From Candidatus Lindowbacteria bacterium RIFCSPLOWO2_12_FULL_62_27 (lineage in GTDB: Bacteria > Lindowbacteria > 2-12-FULL-62-27), in the NCBI GenBank assembly GCA_001784175.1, contig MFPR01000001.1, forward strand, positions 186,001 to 250,000: 64,000 bases of DNA, given 5' to 3'. Numbering within the stretch: the stretch's first letter is position 1; each line of letters begins with the position of its first letter. Positions 8,860 to 18,781 of the stretch are shown here, piece by piece. Both the position numbers and the translations under genes were made by a program. Below the pieces are notes generated by a model. The model did no database searches. It worked only from the letters and a program-made list of their open reading frames with translations, and was not told where the DNA came from.

Positions 8860-11277
8860 TCAGGCCGGCGCGGTTACCGCAACTTCAACGGAATGCGTGC
8901 ACTCTTTGTTCGGGCATTTAATGAGGTTCTTGCCTTTGGCCTTGGATTTCACGAGGAATCCGCCGCCGCACACCGGGCATTTCTGCGCGACCGGCTCCAG
9001 CCAGCTCGTGAAATCGCACGAAGGATAGCTGGAACAGCCGTAAAAAAATCTCCCGCGCTTGGTTCTCCGTCTCACCACCTCGCCGCTGCAACCTTTGGGA
9101 CACGCGACGCCAAGCGTGATCGGCCGGGTATACTTGCACTTGGGAAATGTCATGCACGCCCAGAATCTCCCGTAGGGGCCGCGGCGCGACATGACCTGCG
9201 AGCCGCAGAGCGGGCAGGGGGTCGGGGAAATTTCAATATCGAGAACCTTGAACACGCCTCCGGACTCGTCGATGTCCCGGACGGAGTGGCACTCCGGATA
9301 GCCGGAACACGCCAGGAATTTGCCGTAGCGGGACCACCGCATCACCATGGGCCGGCCGCAGCTCTGGCAGAAGACATCAATGGGCGGTTTGGTGATCTCC
9401 TTTTTCTTGTCCTTGAGCGATTCCTGCGCGGTTTCGTAGAGCTTGCTGAACTGCTTGTAGAAATCGGCCAGCAATTTTTTCCAGTCGGCCGCACCCTCCT
9501 CCACGCCGTCCAGTTTTTCCTCAAGACCGGCGGTGAAATCGATGTCGAGCACGAGCGGGAAATGTTCGATGAGGAGCTTGTTGGTGATCTCGCCCAGCTC
9601 GGTCGGCGACAGCTCCTTCGCCTGCTTCTGGACGTATCCCCGCTCGACGATGGTCGACAGGATCGAGGCATAGGTGGAGGGCCGGCCGATGCCCCGGTGC
9701 TCCAGCTCCCGGACCAGGGTCGCTTCGGTGAACCTCGGCAGCGGCTGGGTCTGCTTCTCCTCGACCTTGTGCTCCTTCAAATCCAGCACGTCACCCTTCT
9801 TCATCTGGGGAACGTACCCCTCTTTTTTCGGAATGCCGGTCAGCTTCAGGTGGCCGTCAAACCGGAGCGACTCGCCCCGCGCGACGAACTGGAAATCGGT
9901 CCGGTCGGACACCCCCACGTAGGCGGTCCGGACGTCATAGACGGCGGACTTCATCTGGCAGGCGACGAAGACTTCCCAGATCATTCTGTACACCTGGAGC
10001 TGCTCCTCATTCACGTATTCGGAAATTCTTTCCGGCGTGAGGGCGACGTCGGTCGGCCGGATCGCCTCGTGGGCGTCCTGGGCGGCGCGTTTGTTCTTGT
10101 AAAAGTTAGGTTTCGTCGGCAGATACGCATCGCCAAAATTTTCCCGGATGAGGGCCCGCGCCGCCGAAACGGCGCTGGCGGCGAGCCGGACCGAATCGGT
10201 CCGATGGTACGTAATAAGCCCGCGGCGTCCGAATTTGCCGAGGTTCATGCCTTCATAAAGCTGCTGCGCCACGACCATGGCATGGCGGGCCGTCATCCCC
10301 AGGCGGTTGACGGCGGCCTGCTGAAAGGCGCTGGTCACCATCGGCGGCGCCGGATGATGCTCGCGCTCCGTTTCGAGAAAATCCTGCACGGTGAGCGGCC
10401 CCGCTTTGGACTTGCCCACGATCTGGTCGGCCTCCTCGCGGGTCTTGACCCGGCGGCGCTTGCCCTCGATTTTGAAAATTTCGGCGACAAAGGATTCGTC
10501 CGGCCGGCCCTGCGGCGCGAGCGTCAGGAGGATGCGGAAATAAGTTTCGGGCACGAAATTTCGGATCTTCTGCTCCCGGTCGCAGACCAGGCGGACCGCC
10601 ACGGACTGGACGCGGCCGGCGGAGAGTCCGGATCGCACGGATTTCCAGAGAAGCGGAGACAGGCGGTAGCCGACGATCCGGTCGAGAATCCGCCGCGCGA
10701 ATTGCGAGTCGACCTTCTCCTGGTTGATCTGCCGCGGGCGCTCAAGGCTCTCGCGGACGGCGCTGGCGGTGATCTCGTGGAATTCGACGCGTTTGATGTT
10801 GGCCGACTTGATTTCCTCCGCCACATGATACCCGATCGCCTCCCCCTCCCGGTCGGGGTCGGTGGCAATCAGGACTTCAGACATGTGCGCCGCGCGGTCC
10901 CTCAGCTCCTTCAGAAGTTTGGCCCGGGCCGGAATGACGCGCCAGTAGGGTTTGAAATTGCGCTTGATGTCAATGCCGAACCGGTCCTTGGGAAGGTCCC
11001 GGACATGGCCCATGGTCGATACGACCTCGTATTTGCCTTCCAGATATTTTTCGATCGTCTTGGCCTTCGCCGGCGATTCGACCACGATCAGCCGCCCTCC
11101 GCTGGGCGATCCTGCCGCGACCGCGGCCTTGCGGGACGCCGATCGCTTCCGGACCGGTGTCGCCACGGCCGAATCCGCCGCTGCCTTTTCTTTTTCTGCC
11201 GGTGCCGACTCCGGCGCCTCTTCCGCCGCCGCTTTCGGCATTTTGGCTTTCACGCTTTTGGCGGTTTTCTTGGCCAT
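8860..11277 (-). CDS. topA: DNA topoisomerase I with C-terminal zinc ribbons
   Basis: LIVVESPAKAKTI, ATDPDREGEAI, SAGRVQS, GLITYHRTDS, AHEAIRPT, GIGRPSTY, C4 zinc fingers. Confidence 0.97.
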   Translation of the reverse strand: MAKKTAKSVKAKMPKAAAEEAPESAPAEKEKAAADSAVATPVRKRSASRKAAVAAGSPSGGRLIVVESPAKAKTIEKYLEGKYEVVSTMGHVRDLPKDRFGIDIKRNFKPYWRVIPARAKLLKELRDRAAHMSEVLIATDPDREGEAIGYHVAEEIKSANIKRVEFHEITASAVRESLERPRQINQEKVDSQFARRILDRIVGYRLSPLLWKSVRSGLSAGRVQSVAVRLVCDREQKIRNFVPETYFRILLTLAPQGRPDESFVAEIFKIEGKRRRVKTREEADQIVGKSKAGPLTVQDFLETEREHHPAPPMVTSAFQQAAVNRLGMTARHAMVVAQQLYEGMNLGKFGRRGLITYHRTDSVRLAASAVSAARALIRENFGDAYLPTKPNFYKNKRAAQDAHEAIRPTDVALTPERISEYVNEEQLQVYRMIWEVFVACQMKSAVYDVRTAYVGVSDRTDFQFVARGESLRFDGHLKLTGIPKKEGYVPQMKKGDVLDLKEHKVEEKQTQPLPRFTEATLVRELEHRGIGRPSTYASILSTIVERGYVQKQAKELSPTELGEITNKLLIEHFPLVLDIDFTAGLEEKLDGVEEGAADWKKLLADFYKQFSKLYETAQESLKDKKKEITKPPIDVFCQSCGRPMVMRWSRYGKFLACSGYPECHSVRDIDESGGVFKVLDIEISPTPCPLCGSQVMSRRGPYGRFWACMTFPKCKYTRPITLGVACPKGCSGEVVRRRTKRGRFFYGCSSYPSCDFTSWLEPVAQKCPVCGGGFLVKSKAKGKNLIKCPNKECTHSVEVAVTAPA

Positions 11278-11290
11278 ATCTGTTCCTCCA

Positions 11291-11734
11291 TCAGTGGATC
11301 ACCGGGCTGTCGATGTTGCCGTCAAAGAGATAATCGGACTGACCGGCCGTCAACCCCAAGACCTCCGCGACCGTCTGCCGGGCGCGGCTATCCTGCTGGT
11401 CCGGCGGAACAAACAAAAGGTCCGTCATCACAGACTCCAGATCCTCTTTTTTGATGTACCCAAGGTAGTACAGCCGGAACAATTTGCCAACCACCTCCGG
11501 GTTTAATCCTTGGAGCTCCTCGGACGACAGGATCCGCGTGGGCGGACTCTCTTTCTTTCCAGATGCAATGTCCCCGAGGACATCCAGCAGAAAGAGGGCG
11601 TCGGCAATGAGATGGTCGGACACGCCCTTTTCGCGAAGCCTTTCCCGAACCTGCGCAGGATCCGGCCGGGTTTGCCCGCCGGCCCCCATCTGGCTCAGGA
11701 TTTCACGCAAAATCAAAATCAAATCGCTGTTCAT
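11291..11734 (-). CDS. smg: Smg/DUF494 family protein
   Basis: Lies between dprA and topA; RILSSEE, LYYLGYI and C-terminal VIH are Smg-like. ATG at 11734. Confidence 0.6.
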   Translation of the reverse strand: MNSDLILILREILSQMGAGGQTRPDPAQVRERLREKGVSDHLIADALFLLDVLGDIASGKKESPPTRILSSEELQGLNPEVVGKLFRLYYLGYIKKEDLESVMTDLLFVPPDQQDSRARQTVAEVLGLTAGQSDYLFDGNIDSPVIH

Positions 11735-11740
11735 GAAAAA

Positions 11741-11775
11741 CCCCCCACCCAGCCTCCCCCACAAGGGGGGAGGGG
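11741..11775 (+). repeat. 35-bp GC-rich hairpin (REP-like) repeat, intergenic copy
   Basis: CCCCCCACCCAGCCTCCCCCACAAGGGGGGAGGGG, 34/35 identical to the reverse complement of 43301-43335. Confidence 0.9.
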
Positions 11776-11785
11776 ATTGCCTCGT

Positions 11786-12910
11786 TCATGCCGTCCGTTT
11801 TACCGCTTCAAATGTCCCGGCCGACGTGCGGCGGATCCGGCCGACGATTTCGAGCCTCGTCAGTTCCGAGAGAACCGCCGGAACGGCCAACCGGCTTTGA
11901 TCCACCAGATCGTCCAGACCGGTCACACCGCCTTTCAGAAGTTCATATATCGCGGACGCCGGCCCGGCGACGGCGACCGGTTCGTCCGGGGTCTGCCGGC
12001 GGAGGCGACGGCCGACCATTCGCCGGACCTCCGGCTCGATCACGGAAAGGATGTCCTCCACCCGCTCGACCAGATGTGCGCCCTCCTGGATCAGCCGGTT
12101 CGCGCCGGCGCCGAAGACTGACCGGGCCGGCTGGGGCACCGCGAAAACTTCCCGGCCCTGCTCCACCGCCAGCCGCGCCGTGATCAGCGCGCCGCTGCGT
12201 TCCGGCGCCTCCACCACGATCACGCCCAGCGTCAGGCCGCTGATGACGCGATTGCGGATCGGGAAATGATACGGCACGGGCTGGGTGCCCGGAGGATATT
12301 CGCTCACGATCACGCCACGCTCGTCTTTCAGCAGCCGGTCATAAATTTTCTGATTCCGGGCCGGATAACAGACGTCCGCGCCCGTCCCCAGCACCGCCCA
12401 CGTTCGGCCGCCTTCCGCGTCCATCGCGCCCGAATGCGCCGCGGCGTCGATGCCCAAGGCAAGCCCCGACACCACGGTGATCCCGGCCGACGCCAGCTCC
12501 AGCCCGATTTCCCGGGCGAATTTCACGCCCCCCGGCGTCGCCTTTCTCGTTCCGACCACCCCCAGCGACAGCGCATCTGTGGGGAGCGCCTCTCCATATA
12601 TATATAGCGCCACCGGAGGGTCCGGGATTTCCTTCAACCGGGCCGGATATCCGTCCTCCGTAAGCGCCACCACGGTCTGCCCCAACTTGCGGGCCGCCTC
12701 CAGTTGTTGCCCGGCCAGTTCAAAGGCCGCCCGGCGGCGCGACCGGATCGTGTCCAAGTAAGCCGCGGGGATATTTGACGACTCCGAAAGATCGGCCCCG
12801 GCCTCGAAGACGGCCTTGAAACTTCCGGCCTGCTCCACCAGCCGCTTGGCATAGGTCGGCCCGATGCCGGGAATGTTCTGGAGCGCCAGTGCCGCCAGCC
12901 TTTCGGACAT
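11786..12910 (-). CDS. dprA: DNA-processing protein DprA
   Basis: YPARLKEIPDPP, VVGTRKAT, VSGLALGIDAAAH, FPIRNRVISGL, SGALITA. Confidence 0.96.
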   Translation of the reverse strand: MSERLAALALQNIPGIGPTYAKRLVEQAGSFKAVFEAGADLSESSNIPAAYLDTIRSRRRAAFELAGQQLEAARKLGQTVVALTEDGYPARLKEIPDPPVALYIYGEALPTDALSLGVVGTRKATPGGVKFAREIGLELASAGITVVSGLALGIDAAAHSGAMDAEGGRTWAVLGTGADVCYPARNQKIYDRLLKDERGVIVSEYPPGTQPVPYHFPIRNRVISGLTLGVIVVEAPERSGALITARLAVEQGREVFAVPQPARSVFGAGANRLIQEGAHLVERVEDILSVIEPEVRRMVGRRLRRQTPDEPVAVAGPASAIYELLKGGVTGLDDLVDQSRLAVPAVLSELTRLEIVGRIRRTSAGTFEAVKRTA

Positions 12911-12914
12911 CGCG

Positions 12915-14360
12915 CTACAATCCCAGTTTCGGCCAGAGCCGGTCCACCGTCTGCCTGACCTCGTCCGTCATTCGGATCTCGTCCGGCCAGGGGCGGGTGA
13001 ATCCCTCCTCGGGCCATTTGCGGGTGGCGTCGATGCCGACCTTCCATCCCACGTCAGGCAGGTCAGACGCGAAATTCAGTGTATCGAGCGGACCTTTGAC
13101 GAACGTGAAATCTCGTTTGGGATCGATCAGATTTCCGAGCCGCCAGACCACCTCCGCGTAATCGTGGAGGTTTACGCCTTCGTCAAACACCACCACGATT
13201 TTGGTGAACATGAGCTGTCCAAGACCCCAGAGCGCGTGCATCACTTTCTGCGCGTGGCCCGGATAGCGCTTGCGGATCGATACGAGCGCCAGATTGTGAA
13301 AGATGCCCTCGACCGGAAGGTTCATATCGACGATTTCAGGCAGGGTGAGGCGGACCAGCGGCAGAAAGAGGCGCTCGACAGCCTTGCCCATCCAGCCGTC
13401 CTCCATCGGCGGCCGGCCGACGATCGTGGAAGGATAAATCGGCGCGCGGCGCCGGCAAACGCCGGTGACATGAAAGACCGGATACTTGTCCTCAAGGCTG
13501 TAATATCCCGTGTGGTCCCCGAACGGCCCTTCGGTGGCCTGCGGTTCTTTCGGGTCGATGTAACCCTCGATGACGATTTCGGCGTTGGCCGGAACCTCCA
13601 GCGGGATCGTTTCGCAGGGCGCAAGCTCCACGGGCGCGTTTCTGAGAAACCCCGCGAACAAATATTCGTCGATGTCCGGCGGAAGCGGCGCGATCGCGGA
13701 GAATATGAGGGCCGGGTCGCCGCCCAGCACCACCGCCACCGGCATTCGCTCGCCCGCTGCGCGGTATTCCCCAAAGTGCGCCCGGCCGGCCTTCTGAGTC
13801 TGCCAGTGGAGGATGCAGGTTTTGCCGTCGAGGACCTGGATGCGGTACATGCCGACGTTGCGTTTCTTTTTGACCGGATCGCGGGTGACGACCTGTGCGA
13901 AGGTGATGTACCGGCCGCCGTCGCGCGGCCAGCATTTCATGATCGGAAATTCCAGGATGTTCACGTCGCCCTTCTGCACGATTTCCTTCACCGGCCCGGA
14001 CGACGACGCCGTCGGAATGAAATTCCCGATCTTCATGAGGAGCGGGAGCATTTTTATTTTGTCGACCAGCGACCGCGGCTCCGGAATCTGGATGAGGCTC
14101 TCAAGCTCGCGGACCTTGTCGTCGAGGCGCTCAACCCCGAGGGCCCAGGCCATCCGGCGGTCCGAGCCGAACAGGTTGATCGCAAGGGGAATTTGGGACT
14201 CGCGCACGTTCGTAAAGAGGAGCGCCGGGCCGCCGCGTTTCATGACACGGTCGGCGATTTCGGTGATCTCAAGCTCGCAGGACACGGACTCCGCTACTTC
14301 TTTGAGTTCCCCCTGCTTCTTCAAAAAGGAAATGAAATCGCCAAGCCCGCCGTATTTCAT
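12915..14360 (-). CDS. UbiD family decarboxylase (menaquinone-pathway type)
   Basis: CWPRDGGRYIT, NVGMYR, EGPFGDHTGYY, GRPPMED, LWGLGQLMFTK. ATG overlaps the gmhA TGA. Confidence 0.93.
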   Translation of the reverse strand: MKYGGLGDFISFLKKQGELKEVAESVSCELEITEIADRVMKRGGPALLFTNVRESQIPLAINLFGSDRRMAWALGVERLDDKVRELESLIQIPEPRSLVDKIKMLPLLMKIGNFIPTASSSGPVKEIVQKGDVNILEFPIMKCWPRDGGRYITFAQVVTRDPVKKKRNVGMYRIQVLDGKTCILHWQTQKAGRAHFGEYRAAGERMPVAVVLGGDPALIFSAIAPLPPDIDEYLFAGFLRNAPVELAPCETIPLEVPANAEIVIEGYIDPKEPQATEGPFGDHTGYYSLEDKYPVFHVTGVCRRRAPIYPSTIVGRPPMEDGWMGKAVERLFLPLVRLTLPEIVDMNLPVEGIFHNLALVSIRKRYPGHAQKVMHALWGLGQLMFTKIVVVFDEGVNLHDYAEVVWRLGNLIDPKRDFTFVKGPLDTLNFASDLPDVGWKVGIDATRKWPEEGFTRPWPDEIRMTDEVRQTVDRLWPKLGL

Positions 14361-14947
14361 CGGCGGCGGCGCCGCGCAAGCGACGATTCGATCAGGTCGC
14401 ACAAGATGTGCAGGGTCGCAATGTGCGCCTCCTGGGTGCGGGGGGTCGAGGCGGCCGGAACCCGCAGCTCAATGTCCACGAGGCGCGCCATCGGCCCGCC
14501 GGTTTTGCCGGTTAGACCGATCCGGTAAAGGCCCATGCGCCCGGCGAGCCGCAGCGCCCGGTTGACGTTGGCCGACCGGCCCGAGGTCGAGATCGCGAGC
14601 GCCACGTCGCCCCGCCGGCCCAGCGCCTCGATCTGCCGGTCGAAGACGCGATCGTAGCCGTAGTCGTTTCCGAGACACGTCAGGACCGAAACGTTCGTGT
14701 TGAGCGAGATCGCCGGATAGCCCGGGCGCTCACGCAGAAACCGGCCGACCAGTTCCGCCGCGAAATGCTGCGCGTCCGCAGCGCTGCCGCCGTTGCCGAA
14801 CGACAGGATTTTCTTCCCGGTCCGGACGGCCCGGACGCACCGGCGCGCCGCGGCCTCGACACGCGTGAGAAATCCCCCGTCGGCCGCGAGCCGCCGCAGA
14901 AGATCGGAGCTTTCACTGTAAGACTGCCGGATATTCACTCGATCCAT
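14357..14947 (-). CDS. gmhA: D-sedoheptulose 7-phosphate isomerase
   Basis: GNGGSAADAQHFAAELVGRF, NDYGY, STSGRSAN, QEAH. Confidence 0.95.
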   Translation of the reverse strand: MDRVNIRQSYSESSDLLRRLAADGGFLTRVEAAARRCVRAVRTGKKILSFGNGGSAADAQHFAAELVGRFLRERPGYPAISLNTNVSVLTCLGNDYGYDRVFDRQIEALGRRGDVALAISTSGRSANVNRALRLAGRMGLYRIGLTGKTGGPMARLVDIELRVPAASTPRTQEAHIATLHILCDLIESSLARRRRR

Positions 14948-14953
14948 GCGCGG

Positions 14954-15019
14954 AGGCTACCCAGAACGCCGAAAGATTGCAAGAGAAGGATTGACGGCGA
15001 CGCCGGTCGAACGTATTTG
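14954..15019. promoter_or_regulatory. Divergent sigma70-type promoters for gmhA and nth
   Basis: Minus strand: TTGCAA (14982-14977)-17-TAGCCT (14959-14954)-6-ATG. Plus strand: TTGACG (14991-14996)-17-TATTTG-6-ATG 15026, with a weaker -10. Confidence 0.55.
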
Positions 15020-15025
15020 CATCGT

Positions 15026-15709
15026 ATGAAAGCTGGCGACTCAAAGAACGACACGGCGGCCCGCGCGCGGAAAATCATCGCCCGGCTTCGCAAGGCCTAC
15101 CCCGACGCGACCTGCTCGCTCACGCACGAAGATCCGCTGCAGCTTCTCGTGTCGACCATCCTGTCGGCCCAGTGCACGGACGAGCGGGTCAACCTCGTGA
15201 CGCCGGCGCTGTTCGAGAAGTACCGCACCGCCCGGGATTTTGCGGGCGCGCCGATTCCGGAAATCGAGAAATTCGTCCGCTCCACCGGCTTCTACCGCAA
15301 CAAGGCCCGAAGCATCAAGCTCTCGTGCCAGTCCATCTGCGACCGGTTCGGCGGACGCGTGCCGGACACGATGGAGGAGCTTCTTTCGCTGCACGGCGTC
15401 GCCCGAAAAACCGCGAACGTTGTCCTGGGGAACGCGTTCGGGAAAAACGAGGGGATCGTCGTCGACACGCACGTCTTTCGCATCGCCCACCGGTTGGGCC
15501 TGTCAGCCGAAAAGAAAAACCGGGACCGGATGGAGCGGGACCTCATGCCGATGGTGCCGAAAAAAGACTGGACCGACTTCAGCCACCTCCTGATCCACCA
15601 CGGCCGCGCCGTCTGCAAGGCGCCGAAACCCCGGTGTGAGGGCTGTCCGGTCGAGACGCTATGTCCCAGGGTCGGCGTTATGTCAGGCCGGGGTCGAGCG
15701 GGAGGCTGA
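15026..15709 (+). CDS. nth: Endonuclease III
   Basis: LSAQCTDERVN, HhH motif GVARKTANVV, VDTH, 4Fe-4S motif CKAPKPRCEGCPVETLC. Confidence 0.96.
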   Translation: MKAGDSKNDTAARARKIIARLRKAYPDATCSLTHEDPLQLLVSTILSAQCTDERVNLVTPALFEKYRTARDFAGAPIPEIEKFVRSTGFYRNKARSIKLSCQSICDRFGGRVPDTMEELLSLHGVARKTANVVLGNAFGKNEGIVVDTHVFRIAHRLGLSAEKKNRDRMERDLMPMVPKKDWTDFSHLLIHHGRAVCKAPKPRCEGCPVETLCPRVGVMSGRGRAGG

Positions 15710-16864
15710 GGACCGGAGGAACGGGATCGTCGAAACGAAAATCAGGACGCCGAGGACCAGGAACACCAGCCGGATGCCGACGCGGTCGTAGACGAGACCC
15801 GCCAACAGAGGGCCTGCCGCCGTGCCAAGACTCATCGCGGTATTGAACAGTCCGATGAGCGCGCCCGGCCCGTAGATCCGGCCCAGCCGCCCGCTTTCCG
15901 CGGTGGCCGCCGCAACGGCCAGGCCCGTGCCGATGCTCATGAAAAAAAGCGGAGCCCAGCTCCCCGCCCGGCTGGTCATCCATGACATGAGAACCAATCC
16001 GAAGACATGGAGGATCTGACCCGTGACAATCATCCGCCCGCGGTCGAATCGGTCGGCCATTTTGCCGAACGGTTTCTGGAGGAATCCCGAGAACAGAAGA
16101 AATCCCGAGACGATGAGTCCGATCGACGTCAGTTTCACGCCCCGCTCCACGGCCAGAATCGGCATGAACCCCATGATGGACGACACAATGACGGCGTTCG
16201 CAAACCGGAACAGGCAGACCGCACGCACCTGCGGGTCGACCAACGGAGACAGGATCGACGCCATGGGCGCGTCGGTCTGGAGGGAGACGGGACGCGGGGC
16301 GGAGGGAGGCAGAAGCCACAGGACAAAGAACATCGTCAGGACCGAGAGAACGCTGATGGTGTAAAAGGCGGCGGCCATCGAATAGACATGGGAGATCCAG
16401 CCGCCCAGGAGCGGGCCGAGGGCCATGCCGGCAAAGAGCGAAATCGAAAATGTCCCGAGCGATTCGCCCTCCACTTCCGGCGGCGTCTGCTCCACCACAT
16501 AGGCCATCGAAATCGGCGTGACGACGCAGGAGGCCAGGCCCTGGAAAAACCGGATCAGCGCCATGTCCACCGCGTCCCGCGCCAGCGGGTAGAGTGCTGA
16601 GAGAACGGAGAAAAAAAACAGGCCGGTCACGATGAATCGCTTGCGGCCCGACAGGTCCGACAGCCGGCCGAAGACGGGCGTGCCGATGCCGCGGGCCAGC
16701 GCGAACGCGCCGAAGATGAATCCGATCGCGAGGCCGGACGCGTTGAACTGCTGGGCATAAATCGACAAGAACGGCGCGACCATTCCGACACCCAGCATGG
16801 TGATCAGGTTCGAGACAAACAGAACGGCGAACACCTGCCGCCGCGTGGATTGGTCCGGAAACAT
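15683..16864 (-). CDS. MFS transporter (DHA1-like)
   Basis: 393 aa, about 12 hydrophobic segments, motif A GRLSDLSGRKR and GKMADRFDRGR. Confidence 0.9.
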   Translation of the reverse strand: MFPDQSTRRQVFAVLFVSNLITMLGVGMVAPFLSIYAQQFNASGLAIGFIFGAFALARGIGTPVFGRLSDLSGRKRFIVTGLFFFSVLSALYPLARDAVDMALIRFFQGLASCVVTPISMAYVVEQTPPEVEGESLGTFSISLFAGMALGPLLGGWISHVYSMAAAFYTISVLSVLTMFFVLWLLPPSAPRPVSLQTDAPMASILSPLVDPQVRAVCLFRFANAVIVSSIMGFMPILAVERGVKLTSIGLIVSGFLLFSGFLQKPFGKMADRFDRGRMIVTGQILHVFGLVLMSWMTSRAGSWAPLFFMSIGTGLAVAAATAESGRLGRIYGPGALIGLFNTAMSLGTAAGPLLAGLVYDRVGIRLVFLVLGVLIFVSTIPFLRSSASRSTPA

Positions 16865-16882
16865 GTCGGAACGCCGCCCGGG

Positions 16883-18103
16883 TTAGAGTTTCGCGCCCTT
16901 GGGGATGACGATGATGCCGCTCTCGCTTACGAAAAACCGCTTGCGGTCCTCTTCGAGATTGTATCCGATCTCGATTCCCTGCGGAATGCGAACCCCCTTG
17001 TCGACGATGGCCCGGCGGACCTTCGCGTGGCGGCCCACGTCGACCTTGTCGTACAGGATCGAATCCTCGACCTGCGCGTAGGAGTGGACAAAACACCCCG
17101 GTGAAAGAATGGACCTCAAGACCATGGCGCCGGAAATGATGCAGCCCTCCGACACCAGACACTCGACCGCATGGCCCCGCCGGGTCGGACCTTCGTCCAG
17201 GGCAAATTTGGCCGGCGGATAATCGATCGGATAGGTCCGGAACGGCCAGGCGACGTTGTAGAGGTTCAGGACCGGCGAAACGCTTCGCACATCCATGTTG
17301 GCCTCATAATAGGCGTCGACGGTCCCGACGTCGCGCCAGTACCCGATTTCCTTGTCGGTCATCCCCGGCACGCGGTTGGTGGCGAAATCGTAGGCGTAAA
17401 CGCGCCGGTGCGGGATCATCGCGCGGATGATGTTTTTTCCGAAATCGTGCTCGGAATCCTCATGCGCGTCGGCGTCCAGCTCCTCAATCAGCACGTCCGA
17501 ATTGAAAATGTAATTACCCATCGACGCCAGGCACCAGCCCGGTTTGGAGGGAATCGTCTTGCCCTCGGCCGGTTTCTCCTCAAACCCCACGATCTGCCAG
17601 TCCTCGTTGACCTCGATGATGCCGAACTGGTTCGACTGGTCCTGCCGCACCGGGATGGCGGCGATCGTGAGGTCGGCGGTCTTGCTCGTGTGAAACTCCA
17701 TCATCTGGTTGATGTCCATCTTGTAGACGTGGTCCCCGCCGAATACGGCCACCCGCTCGGCGCCGGAATCGACGATCAGGTTCGAGTTCTGGTAGATGGC
17801 GTCGGCCGTGCCCCGGTACCACACTTCGCCAATCCGCATCTGGGCCGGCACCGGGTCGACGTACATGCCCATGCTCCGAGGCAGGTTGTAGGCGACCATG
17901 ATGTGCCTAATCAGCGAGTCGGCCTTGAACTGCGTCAGGACCTTGATCTTGCTCAGGCCCGAGTTGATGAAATTGTTGAGCACAAAATCGATGATCCGGT
18001 ACTTGCCCGCAAACGGCACCGCAGGCTTCGCGCGGTCCTGCACGAGCGGCCCCAGCCGCGTCCCGCGACCGCCGGCGAGGATCATCCCAAGCGTGTTTTT
18101 CAT
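16883..18103 (-). CDS. glgC: Glucose-1-phosphate adenylyltransferase
   Basis: [50 protein letters not shown]. Confidence 0.97.
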   Translation of the reverse strand: MKNTLGMILAGGRGTRLGPLVQDRAKPAVPFAGKYRIIDFVLNNFINSGLSKIKVLTQFKADSLIRHIMVAYNLPRSMGMYVDPVPAQMRIGEVWYRGTADAIYQNSNLIVDSGAERVAVFGGDHVYKMDINQMMEFHTSKTADLTIAAIPVRQDQSNQFGIIEVNEDWQIVGFEEKPAEGKTIPSKPGWCLASMGNYIFNSDVLIEELDADAHEDSEHDFGKNIIRAMIPHRRVYAYDFATNRVPGMTDKEIGYWRDVGTVDAYYEANMDVRSVSPVLNLYNVAWPFRTYPIDYPPAKFALDEGPTRRGHAVECLVSEGCIISGAMVLRSILSPGCFVHSYAQVEDSILYDKVDVGRHAKVRRAIVDKGVRIPQGIEIGYNLEEDRKRFFVSESGIIVIPKGAKL

Positions 18104-18111
18104 GTTACTGC

Positions 18112-18140
18112 ATCATACTCCGCCGGCCCCGCAGACACAA
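18112..18140 (-). promoter_or_regulatory. glgC promoter
   Basis: TTGTGT-17-TATGAT, 8 nt before the ATG, no SD. Confidence 0.55.
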
Positions 18141-18147
18141 GACAGGT

Positions 18148-18384
18148 TCAAGGATGTACCCTCAAATCAAGAAAGGCGAGGATGCGCCCCTTTCGGTCGT
18201 AACGAATGATTTCTCCCGCTTCGGTCTCGACTTCGAGCGTCAAACCGTTCGACATGCCTTCAATTTCGGCCGTTCGAAGTCTCCAGATCCAATCGTCCAC
18301 CCGCTTTCGCCCCTCTTCGTCCAGCTCATACGAAAAGGCTTCACGAAAACGGCGGGAGTAAACGGCCTCGTATCGAATCCTCAC
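18148..18384 (-). CDS. Putative toxin, divergent RelE/ParE-like
   Basis: 78 aa, GTGA-coupled to a Phd antitoxin; N-terminus [13 protein letters not shown] is RelE-like. Confidence 0.5.
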   Translation of the reverse strand: MRIRYEAVYSRRFREAFSYELDEEGRKRVDDWIWRLRTAEIEGMSNGLTLEVETEAGEIIRYDRKGRILAFLDLRVHP

Positions 18385-18650
18385 GCCAGGCCGAATTCCT
18401 TCCGCAGGTCATCATACTTGCGGCCTTTGCCCGCGGCAATTTCGGCCCGGGCCTCCTGAATCCGTTTCATATCGCCGGGGTTCCGGAACAACCGCTCCAT
18501 CGCCTTGTAGGATTGATATTCCTTGAACGACATGAGCACGGCCGCCGGCTCGTCCCTGTGACGAATGAAAATCCGCCGCCCCCGCTTGATCTCCTTGACC
18601 AGCTTCATAAAATCCGCGCGCGCAACGCTCGCCGCAACCTCGTATGGCAT
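18381..18650 (-). CDS. Phd/YefM family antitoxin
   Basis: ARADFMKLVKEI..GRRIFIRHRDEPAAVLMSFKEY; SD AGGAGG upstream. Confidence 0.88.
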   Translation of the reverse strand: MPYEVAASVARADFMKLVKEIKRGRRIFIRHRDEPAAVLMSFKEYQSYKAMERLFRNPGDMKRIQEARAEIAAGKGRKYDDLRKEFGLA

Positions 18651-18676
18651 GGACGCCACCTCCTGTACTGTGTATA

Positions 18677-18705
18677 AGCATATGCCGGGTTGTAGCCTTT
18701 GTCAA
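18677..18705 (-). promoter_or_regulatory. Promoter of the Phd toxin-antitoxin operon
   Basis: TTGACA (18705-18700)-17-TATGCT (18682-18677). Confidence 0.65.
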
Positions 18706-18781
18706 CCGGCAGGGATGAAAAGAGGGGGGTTGACCCCTTTGCCTTGACTTTGGATGCGCGCCAAATTTGTATGGACGGCGC

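Noticed and set aside
8844-8862. topA and trmFO in the same frame across one TGA
   Set aside because: Both proteins are complete and trmFO has canonical starts; chance phase.
7543-11454. 1303-aa plus-strand ORF and other long ORFs such as 3188-5203, 12864-14528, 32435-33994, 45756-47678 and 51336-53522
   Set aside because: Antisense shadows of well-supported genes, expected with high GC at third codon positions; no recognisable motifs.
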